A stretch of DNA of 63,959 nucleotides, counting the filler, from Sphacelaria rigidula (Eukaryota): the NCBI GenBank assembly GCA_964200075.2. It is 8 parts of 8 records of this genome, joined end to end, with 100 filler letters (N's around TTAATTAATTAA, not from the genome) between each part and the next. Parts side by side here need not be neighbours in the genome. Positions count along the whole stretch, not along the records: positions 8,009 to 15,916 come from CAXNAA020013013.1; positions 16,017 to 23,924 come from CAXNAA020013014.1; 6 more parts are not named here. One strand, given 5' to 3'. The first letter of the stretch is position 1; each line of letters begins with the position of its first letter. Positions 12,640 to 22,700 of this stretch are shown here, piece after piece. Made by a program: the position numbers and the translations under genes. The notes beneath the pieces are model-generated. The model was not told the origin of the DNA. It saw only the letters and a list, made by a program, of their open reading frames with translations, and did not search any database.

Positions 12640-15600
12640 TTATTTCCGCGAAGGGCGATCATGTCCGAACGTTCAACATCGGCGCCCTGCATACAGTGAG
12701 GGCCCGTTGAAAGTCAGCCGAACAACTGAAACATGGGACGTGTCTTGTCTCACTGTACTGCAGCACAAATATACTTACTTCCGCTCTCATGTGCTGTACC
12801 TATCACAGTTCTGGGGTATGTTGAGACCTTGCCAGAACGGTTTGGTCTCCGCGGAGAATGAGCGTACACACACCTGTCTTTATTGCAGCTTCAATTTACA
12901 TGTGTTTGCGCGAAGGACGATCATGTCCGAACGTTCAACATCGGCACCCTGCAAACAGTGAGGGCCCGTTGAAAGTCAGCCGAGCAACTGAAACATGGGG
13001 CGTGTCTTGTCTCGCTGTACTGCAGCACAAATACACTCACTTCCGCTCTCATGTGCTGTAGCTATCGCTGTTCTGGGGTGTATTTCGACCTTGCGGAGAC
13101 GGTGTGGTGCCGGCTAAGAGTGAGCATACACGCAACAGTCTTTGTTTGACGGCGTTAGTGAACCATTTATGTGCGCGAAGGGCGATCATGTCCGAACGTT
13201 CAACATCGGCACCCTGCACACAGTGAGGGCTCGTGAAGAGTCAGCCGAACAACTAGAACATGGGGCGTGTCTTGTCTCCCTGTACTGCAGCACGAACACA
13301 CTCACTTCCGCTCTCATGTGCCGTTGTCAACAGTCTTCGTTTGACAGCTTTAGGTTATGATTTTTTTGCGCGAAGGGCGATCATGTCCGAACGTTCAACA
13401 TCGGCACCCTGCAAACAGTCAGGACTCGTGAAGAGTCAGCCGAACAACTAGAACATGGGACGTGTCTTGTCTCACTGTACTGCAGCACGAACACACTCAC
13501 TTCCGCTCTCATGTGCTGTTAACACGGGATCTTACAAATTGGGGATGGATCTTTCATTGGGGATGAAAACCCCGGAGAATTGAAATCTTCGTATCCCCGC
13601 AAAATCTTCGAAATATGGTTCCATTTCTTCACCTCCTGATACCTATTGACAACTGCTAGACGCCAAAGAATACCGGATGTCCATCACCAGAGAGTTGGGG
13701 TCCTAGGGGAAAAACCAATCCTGGGAATATCGGGCGTCCGAACGGACGCCAAAATGGTTCCGGAATTGTTTATCCTTCTGGGATCCCAACACTTTGGTGA
13801 TCGAAATCCGAATTTCTATGGCGTGTAGCAGTTGTCGATAGACATCAGTAGGTGAAAAAATGGAACTATGTTTCGAAGATTTGGTGTGGATACGAAGATT
13901 TGAGTTCTCCGGGGTTCTCATTCCCAACAAAAGATCCATCCTCAATTTGTAAGATCGCGTGTTTGTAGCTATTACTGTTTTGGGGTGTATTTCGACCTTG
14001 CGAAGACGGTTTGGTCCCCGCTGAGATTGAGCGTACACACAACTGTCTTTGTTCGACAGCGTTAGGTAACCATTCATTTGCGCGAAGGGCGATCATGTCC
14101 GAACGTTCAACATCGGCGCCCTGCATACAGTGAGGGCCCGTTGAAAGTCAGCCGAACAACTAGAACATGGGACGTGTCTCGTCTCATTTTACTGCAGCAC
14201 AAACACACTCACCTCCGCTCTCATGTGCTGTTCACACGAGATCTTACAAATTGGGGATGGATCCTTTGTTGGGGATGAGAACCCCGGAGATCTGAAATCT
14301 TCATATTCCCGTCAAATCTTCGAAATATGGTTCCATTTCTTCACCTACTGATACCTATTGACAACTGCTACACGCGACAGAAATTCGGAAGTCGATCACC
14401 AAAGTGTCGGGGTCCTGGGGAAAAACCAATCTTGGGAATTTCGGGTGTCCGAACGGACGCCAAAATGGTTGCGGAATTGTTTATCGTTGTGGGACCCCAA
14501 CACTTTGGTGATCGGAATCCGAATTTCTATGGCGTGTAGCAGCTGTCGATAGCTATCAGTCGGTGAAGAAATGGAACTATGTTTCGAAGATTTGGTGTGG
14601 ATACGAAGATTTGAGTTCTCCGGGGTTCTCATTTCCAACAGAAGATCTATCCCCGATTCGTAAGATCGCGTGTTTGTAGCTACCACTGTTCTGGGGTGTG
14701 TTTGGACCTTGCGACGACGGTTTGATCCCCGCTGAGATTGAGCGTACACACAACTGTCTTGGACAGCGTTAGGTAACGATTTATTTGCGCGAAGGGCGAT
14801 CATGTCCGAACGTTCAACATCGGCGCCCTGCATACAGTGAGGGCCCGTTGGAAGTCAGCCGAGCAACTGAAACATGGGGCGTGTCTTGTCTCACTGTACT
14901 GCAGCACACATACACTCACTTCCGCTCTCATGTGCTGTAGCTATCTTTGTTCTGGGGTGTATTTCGACCTTGCGACGACGGTGTTGTCTACGCTCAGAGT
15001 AAAAGTAAACGCAACAGTCTTTGTTTGACGGTGTAGTTAAGCATTTATGTGCGCGAAGGGCGATCATGTCCGAACGTTCAACATCGGCACCCTGCACACA
15101 GTGAGGTCTCGTGAAGAGTCAGCCCAACGACTAGAACATGGGGCGTGTCTTGTCCCCCTGTACTGCAGCACGAACACACTCACTTCCGCTCTCATGTGCT
15201 GTTGTCAACAGTCTTCGTTCGACAGCTTAAGGTTATGATTCATTTGCGCGAAGGGCGATCATGTCCGAACGTTCAACATCGGCACCCTGCACACAGTGAG
15301 GGCTCGTGAAGAGTCAGCCGAACAACTAGAACATGGGACGTGTCTTGTCTCACTGTACTGCAGCACGAACACACTCACTCCCGCTCTCATGTGCTGTTAA
15401 CACGGGATCTTACAAGTTGGGGATGGATCTTTTTTCGGGGATGAAAACCCCGGAGATTTGAAATCTTCGTATCCCCGCCAAATCTTTGAAACATGGTTCC
15501 ATTTCTTCACCTCCTGATACCTATTGACAACTGCTAGACGCCAAAGAATACCGGATGTCCATCACCAGAGAGTTGGGGTCCTAGGGGAAAAACCAATCCT

Positions 15601-15916
15601 GGGAATATCGGGCGTCCGAACGGACGCCAAAATGGTTCCGGAATTGTTTATCCTTCTGGGACCCCAAAACTTTGGTGATCGAAAATCGAATTTCTATGGC
15701 GTGTAGCAGTTGTCGATAGACATCAGTAGGTGAAAAAATGGAACTATGTTTCGAAGATTTGGTGTGGATACGAAGATTTGAGTTCTCCGGGGTTCTCATT
15801 CCCAACAAAAGATCCATCCTCAATTTGTAAGATCGCGTGTTTGTAGCTATTACTGTTTTGGGGTGTATTTCGACCTTGCGAAGACGGTTTGGTCGCCGCT
15901 GAGATTGAGAGTACAC
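12640..15916. repeat. Complex satellite with embedded MITE and a 1878-nt higher-order repeat
   Basis: Unit core gcgaagggcgatcatgtccgaacgttcaacatcggc occurs 8 times (~12647, 12908, 13173, 13368, 14080, 14787, 15051, 15246). Offsets 13173 to 15051 and 13520 to 15398 are both 1878 nt. Confidence 0.9.
13520..13963. mobile_element. Fold-back MITE (~440 nt); further copies ~14231-14673, 15398-15841, 48798-49221, 49945-50350
   Basis: Long TIRs aacacgggatcttacaaattggggatggatc ... gatccatcctcaatttgtaagatcgcgtgtt. No coding capacity. Confidence 0.85.
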
Positions 15917-16316
15917 NNNNNNNNNNNNNNNNNNNNNNNNNNNNNNNNNNNNNNNNNNNNTTAATTAATTAANNNNNNNNNNNNNNNNNNNNNNNNNNNN
16001 NNNNNNNNNNNNNNNNCAGAGCTGGACTCGACTGACTGATAGTAGGCTTCTTGCCCGGCCCAGCTCGTACTTTTTCCAGGTGAACATTGATGCCGGTTCA
16101 GCAGCTGAGCTACCCTCGTGGTACCGGTTGAAACAAACAGAGACATGAGAAAACTGATATGGCAAGATACCGTGAAGAACATGCAGAAAAAGAGATCGCC
16201 AGCTATAGTTGGTTGGGCTTTTGCTCCTCTCATGAATGTGGAATATTTGTGATCACCATGAATATCAAATGTGACCCAACGCAAATCCAAGTCAGACCGT
16301 AACATGCACATTTGTG

Positions 16317-19300
16317 CAAGGTTGTATTCTGTAGGGTACGGGTACGTTCTGTAGGGTATGAGATTTCTTCCACAACTTACAGAACTGTCGGGTACCGGTG
16401 TGAAAGTCTTCCAGTAATTACAGAACTTGTCGGGTACGGTATGGGAGGCTTGGAGAAAACCGGTACCGGCAATCGGGTGATTCTTTTAGGGCATACCCAC
16501 CCCTCCGGTGAGGGTAAAGTTTTCGTACAGGACTCGCAGAACTATCGGGTAAGGGTATGAGAGGCTGACAGAACTCGCACAGAAGCTGTCGGGTTGGGTA
16601 TGGAGGTTGCACAAAAAACCGTACCCGCAAGCAGGTATCTTATCAAGAGCATACCCGTGCCCCCCGGTAACAGTACGGGAGGCTTACAGAACTCACAGAA
16701 CCATCAGGTGCGGGTATGAAGGTCTTACAGAGATTACAGAACTGCCGGGTATCGGTATGGAAATCTTACAGAGTTGACAGAACTGTCGGGTACGGTAAAT
16801 ACTCGGGAAATACCCCGGGTATGCAGAAAACCGTACCCTACAGGACACGACCTTCGTATTCTCATCACCCCTGTGGTGGGACGTACGTCACTATAATAGT
16901 GGCGAAATGGAGATGACAGTTCACGAAAATTCTGAACGACTTCACGGGGTTGATAGAGATAGACTACACGATCAATCGCAGTAGTACACGTGCACGGGAT
17001 CGTCAACAACATCTATCGGCTTCGCGTACACTCCCAGAGAGTACATGAAGGAGCATTAACGGCTTCCTGCTCTCACACGTGGACAAATAGTACCCCCACT
17101 GGGGCACGTCTGCAGGGTTCAGGGAAACTGTGCAGTGTTTCTCGCGGGGATCTGGCTGTAGGGTTTTTCTTGCGCCCCACAGGACGCTTCACAGGGTTCA
17201 GGGAAACTGTGCAGTGTTTCTCGCGGGGATTTGACTGTAGGGTATTATTTTGTGCCACACAGGGCGCTTCACAGGGTTTGGTCACTCCGTGTAGAATTCA
17301 TCGCTGTTAATATGCCGTGCAGCATTTATAACACGCATACAATATACTCCATACAGCATGGGCATGGTACTGGGAGAAAAAAACGGTCGAGAAATGGCGG
17401 GGGTGAAAATTGAACCCATGATTTTGTGCGCGGGAAAGCCCAGGTAGTCTATAGAGCTGGCTGTTCTGTTGCTTACAACGAAGCAATTTTGTGTTTTTCT
17501 AATGACTATATATACAAAAACGTCTCTAAACAAAAGCATACTCGGTTGAATGATTTGGTAGACTGCGGACCACGGAGTTTTCAACAGCAATGTGCAGTGA
17601 TATGCGAGGTATATTCCGTCATCCCAACATCCACGTCTTGAGCGGAAGCGTCGTATCTAATCTCGTAGGTGTGCGGACATACACTCGATCGTAATCAGTG
17701 TATCGGATCTCGATTCAGCAAAAGCTGTTGAGAATTATTCATCCTTTAGCCCATGTGCATGGACCGGGGGGGAAAAGGATTAATTCCTTTCAACATTTTT
17801 TTCTGCTTGTCGGATCCCATATGCTGATAACGGTGCAGTATGCGGGATATGCCCAGCCGACGCTGTTCGCAATAAATCTCTTTTTGCCCCATTTCCGGAT
17901 GAATTGGAGGGTAACGTGAAGCTTTATTTCGAGCTTCTTCTGCTGTTCTAATTCCAAATCTGCTGGTGTGCATGGGATTTGCGCAGCAGAAGAAGCTGTT
18001 CGAAATAGATCATTTTTTCGCCCATTTTTTATTGGGCGAAAAAAGGATCTATTTCGAACAGCTTCTTCTGCTGTTCGGAATATATCTCTTTTTTGCACAA
18101 ATAAAATGAGCGAAAAAAAAATCCGTTTTGAATAGCTTCTCCTGCTGTCCGAGATAAATTCCTTTTTGCCAGGAACTTATCTCGGACAGAAGGAGAAGTT
18201 ATTCCAAAAAAATAAATTTACAGATTTCGTACCAAAATAATTTGGAATTTTCGAAATTGGGAAGGCCTCTCCACAGGATTGCTTGCAGGGTTTCGACAAA
18301 ACTGCTATGCAAAATGCTACAACAGGTACTAGGGTTTGCAAATGCTGCACAGGGGTTTTCACAAAGACTGTGGAGAACCCTGTGCAGCTCGTCCTACAGG
18401 GTGCTATTTGTCCACGTGTGCTGTGGAAGCCCTTCGGCACGCGACGAAATCGCCGACGGCCCCGACGATTTTCGGTGGCAGCTCATAGTCTGTGCTGGAC
18501 ATGTCGATAACGACCTGGGGTTTGGTGACCACGACACAACCAACATCAATGTTGATGACGTTCGTCTTGCTACTTGATCCTCTGGTGGCGCAGATGAACC
18601 ACCCCTGCTCGAGCCACCACTCGAGTCTGGGGATGATCCATCCTGACGGTCTGCAGGGCTGCTCATGTTTCGTGTTTCCATTTCGCAGTACCTCGTATCC
18701 CGTCAGATCCCAAACTAAAAAACCTTTCAACATGGAATTATTGTTGGTGTGCAGTTTTGAATGAAGGAGTTGGGTGGGTTGATCGATGGGAGGTACATGT
18801 TCAGGTCATGAGGTTGTGTTTGGATTGCACCTATATCCGTACCTTCCCAAGGTATATATACCTGTGTGCATACCTGCAATCGGGTATATCTACAAAGGTA
18901 TACCCTAACCCCGGGTAGGGGTATAGGAGGCTTACAGAGCTCACAGAACTGTCGGGTACCGGTACTGGATGACAGTCTTACAGAAATTACAGAACATGTC
19001 GGGTGCGATACGGGAGGCTTACAGAAAATCGGTACGTCGCACCCACACAGAAAACCGGCACCGCCAGTCGGGTATTCCTCCAAGAGCATCTACATTATGT
19101 ACAGAACTCACAGAACTGTCGGGTGAGGGTGTGGGAGGTTAACAGAACTTACAGAAACTGTCGGGTAGGGTATGGAGGTTGCACAGAAAACCGCACCCGC
19201 AATCAGGTATCTCATCAAGAGCGTACCCGTGCTCCCCGGTAATGGTACGGGAGTCTTACAGAGATTACAGAACTATCCCGTGAGGGTATGGAAGTCTTAT

Positions 19301-19429
19301 AGAGACTACAGAACTGTCAGGTACCGGCATGAAAGTCTTACAGAGGTCACAGAACTTTCGGGTACGGTAAATACCCGGGAAAATACCCCGGGTACACAGA
19401 AAACCGTACCATACAGAACACAACCCTTG
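16317..19429. mobile_element. Non-autonomous hAT-like DNA transposon with 8-bp TSD
   Basis: TIRs CAAGGTTGTATTCTGTAGGGTACGG / CCGTACCATACAGAACACAACCCTTG. CATTTGTG occurs at 16309-16316 and 19430-19437. Both ends carry arrays of acagaactgtcgggta subterminal repeats. Confidence 0.8.
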
Positions 19430-19799
19430 CATTTGTGCATGTGTTCATCGCTGCAACTTCATTCCCTACAACGTCTCTTCTAATTTCTTCTGAAACTCGC
19501 GCTATACGCAAAGCCCCAAGCCTGTCCCTCCCGGTCCGGCTAAGGTATATATGTATTATTTATCCCTGTCGGGAATACACGATATGAACCAAACATACCC
19601 GTACGCCTAAGCACAAGACATACCCGTACGCCTAAACATCTCCAGGGTGGGTCGATGGGAAACAAAGGAAAGGGTTTGAGCTATTTGTTTGCAGTGACCG
19701 TTCCACAATTGCCCTCACATGAGCCTACTGTATTGTTCGCATCCGTACCCGTTTCACAAACCGCAGATCCCGCTACGCTCCGATTTTTCACGTACTATA

Positions 19800-20822
19800 C
19801 AAGGGTCTGTCGAGCGAAAAAATTCGGACGCGTAGGCCACCCCCCCTCCCGGAGGGCTCCGTCTCGAAAGGGATGCGTGGTCAATGGTCAAACCACTTAG
19901 GCAAGCAACAAATGAGTACGCCCCCCCCCCCTCCCGGAGGGCATTTTTTCGAAAATTGTCATGATTTCTTCGAAAAAAATTGTCGAGTTTCTCCCAAGGT
20001 ATTGATCAAATAACACTGTTTTGATTATGTCTGTTAATTTCGTTACAAGAAATTGATCAATAAACGCTGACAAAAACGGAAAAGTCTGGTGGGCTTTGAG
20101 GGGTTCGTGTATCTGCTTCTGCTCCTTGCCCTTTCTGTCCCGATGACCTCAGATGCCGGAGGGCAATTTTCCAACAACTAAAATTATCCTGTCTTTTTCA
20201 ATATTTTCTGTTAACTTTGTTGCAAGAAATTAATCAATGAACATTGACAAAATCCGAAGAGTTTGGTGGGCTTTGCGGGGTGTATGTTTGCTTCTGCTCC
20301 TACACATATTTATTTATATTTTTGTAATAGATAATATAATATAAGGATCATATATTCTATTATATAGCATCTATATATGAAATACATACAATATAGTATA
20401 TGCTGCCCCTTGATGACTATTCATATTTATAGTTATATTATATACGAATATATTGTCTGTAATATATATAATCTAGTACTTCGTACGGTATATATTAAGG
20501 AAAAGAAGCATATGTGCAATATAGACCTATAATATTGACCTACATTATATGGTACACAATATATGAAATATAGTATATGAGACATGATACATGAAGATAT
20601 GTAATATATTAAATATAGTGTATGATATATAGTATATCATATATAATATATCATATATCATGTATAATGATATCTACTGTCTACGGCAGCTGGCCGCATC
20701 CGCCAACGCCTCGGCGAAAAACCAGGGGGCACACGGCTGGGTGTCCCCCCCCCCCCCTCAAAAACTCGAATTTTCGATTTTGGGGCCTACGTGTCCCGAA
20801 ATATATTTTTGACAGACCCTTG
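19800..20822. mobile_element. Non-autonomous TIR element with TA flanks (Tc1/mariner-like)
   Basis: TA|CAAGGGTCTGTC ... GACAGACCCTTG|TA, with the imperfect TIR extending ~40 nt. Contains an AT-rich tract at ~20300-20680. Confidence 0.7.
19858..19920 (+). mobile_element. 5'-truncated non-LTR retroelement 3' end inserted at a poly-C tract; relatives ~24764-24885 (+) and ~39096-39232 (-)
   Basis: Flanked by the direct repeat CCCCCCCTCCCGGAGGGC (19840-19857 and 19925-19942). Ends in atgagtacg followed by a C run. Confidence 0.75.
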
Positions 20823-20829
20823 TATTATG

Positions 20830-21390
20830 GAAGAAAAATACGAAAGGGCGGGCTAGAATCAGGTGAGATAAGTAGAGAACATATGGGAGGGAAAAGAGGA
20901 AACCAGGACGAAATACCCTCCATAGATGAAGGCGCGGGATACAAGACACTAGTAAGAGGCAGCATAGCAATAAGGGGAAAAGAAGCGCTCATCACGCGCA
21001 AAGCGGACAAGGAAGAACGCATGAAGATATACGGGGGGTTGAGAGAGGGGATAGGGATGGAATCATAATTGCATGGCCCAATGAACGCTGCGGAAAATCT
21101 GAAACTGCGATTTCGGGTGGGGGACCTGGGCCTGCCAGAAGGAAGGAAGATATTTACAAGTCGTTGAAAGGAGCAGGAAGTAGATGCACAGAGTTGCCCC
21201 TGTGGCAAAGCAATAGAGAGCAGAGGTCATAGACTATAGTGGCAGAATGTGAACTGAACGACGGGACGTGCTAGAGGGGGAAATGCTGGACGTGAACGAA
21301 GGTGGCTTGAAATCATTTGATGCTTTGGACAGTTGTGAGAAAACGATGACTGAACAAGGAGATAGATGGTGGCCAGAGACGGCGAAACAG
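20830..21390 (+). mobile_element. Degenerate LINE ORF2 C-terminal fragment (same family as 52920-54640)
   Basis: Aligns by eye with 54200-54635 (gcatggccc.atg.acgctgc.gaaaat.tgaaactgc.atttcgggtgggggacctgg) and carries a CPCG..ES..H...C zinc-finger motif. Confidence 0.75.
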
Positions 21391-21601
21391 TGTAATGCGT
21401 GAGAGGACCGCGTGCTTAGAAGACCGCGCCGTAGTTCAAAACACCTCGGGATCGACATTTTTCAAAACCAATCGGGCCAGTCCTTGCAGGAACCACGCCC
21501 CTGACCCATACCCCAACACTAACCCTAACCCTAACCCTAACCATAGGGATGTTCAAATTCTAATGCGGTCCTCTAATCACGCGGTCCTCTCACGCATTAC
21601 A
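21391..21601. mobile_element. MITE carrying telomere-type (CCCTAA)n repeats; other copies 22346-23720 (interrupted), ~48384-48565, ~51518-51575 (partial), ~52312-52505
   Basis: TIR TGTAATGCGTGAGAGGACCGCGTG / CACGCGGTCCTCTCACGCATTACA, with an internal ctaaccctaaccctaaccctaacc tract. Confidence 0.8.
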
Positions 21602-22641
21602 GCTTGTAACCCGTAAAAAATCTCAGACAACATCGATTCGCGACGCTGTCACCAACTGATAGTCGCACCACACCCGTCTCCCGGATCTCATAAACCTCGA
21701 CTTCAACCCAGACATCATTATTGTCACTCATCGTGGATGCACTTGCCCTTGTACCTTCTTCCCCCACACTGAACTGACTCACCTGGTTCATCACACAGGC
21801 AATCTTGCATGTCAATATGTTCTGAAAGGGCTTCTACATAGTGCAACCACTATAGACATCTGGGAAAATTCTTCCCGCTTCTGTAAGGCTTCTGCACAAA
21901 ACATCGATTCTTCCCTAAAACAGAATCGAGCCTCTTGTACACTTTGCATCACCTCACAGAAAGGATCCTAGTCCACTTTTCAGATTCGCGTGGCTCCAAG
22001 GTTTCGAGAGTGGCCGCTGAACAATAATCCGTGTGCAATGAAACCTACGGCGATCTCCACAGATTATCGGGCAAATAGCCATATGTTGGCAAGCACAGAT
22101 TGTTGCACACGAATTATTATTGTTCAGCGCCAATCTCGAAACCTCGGAGCCAAGCGAACCTGAAAGTAGGCTAGTAGGCTCCTCTCTGTGGGGCGATGCA
22201 TAGTGTCCGACACGCATGTTGGCGATTTCCCCTGTTTGGGGCGAGTTTGAGGGTCAAAAATGTGGTCACACGCCCCAAAAGTGAACAATCCGTGGGCCAA
22301 AATCTGTTTGCCATCACATCCGGCCTGAGCTATCTGTGTTGGCAGTGTGATGCGTGAGAGAACCACGTGCTTAGGGGGCGGCATCGTGGTTCAAAACACC
22401 TCAGACTCGACGTTTTTCAAACCCAATCGGGCCAGTCCCCGCAGTGACCACACCCCTGACCCTAACCCCACCACGAACCCTAACTATAATAAACTACCGT
22501 AACTGCGTTGGGCGAGTGTCCATGGAGGCTATTTAACTGCTCTCGTAAGGTACATCTGAGATAACGGCGTTGGGTGGGTGTAATTCTAAGCTGGCTGCAT
22601 TGCAACGGTGTAAGATTCGTACTCATTACGCTTTAGCGTAG

Positions 22642-22700
22642 TGTACTGTACTGTACTGTACTGTACTGTACTGTACTGTATTGTGCTGTGCTGTGCTGTC
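22642..22700. repeat. (GTACT)n/(GTGCT)n microsatellite
   Basis: Tandem pentamers are directly visible. Confidence 0.9.

Noticed and set aside
12640-15916. CRISPR-like array of a recurring ~36-nt core
   Set aside because: The intervening sequences are long and homologous to each other, there are no cas genes, and the context is eukaryotic. It is a satellite.
16317-16854. Short acagaactgtcgggta repeats as a CRISPR or iteron array
   Set aside because: Spacing is irregular and the repeats lie between TIRs, so they are subterminal transposon repeats.
21520-21543. Chromosome end / true telomere
   Set aside because: Only about four repeat units, internal to a TIR element.
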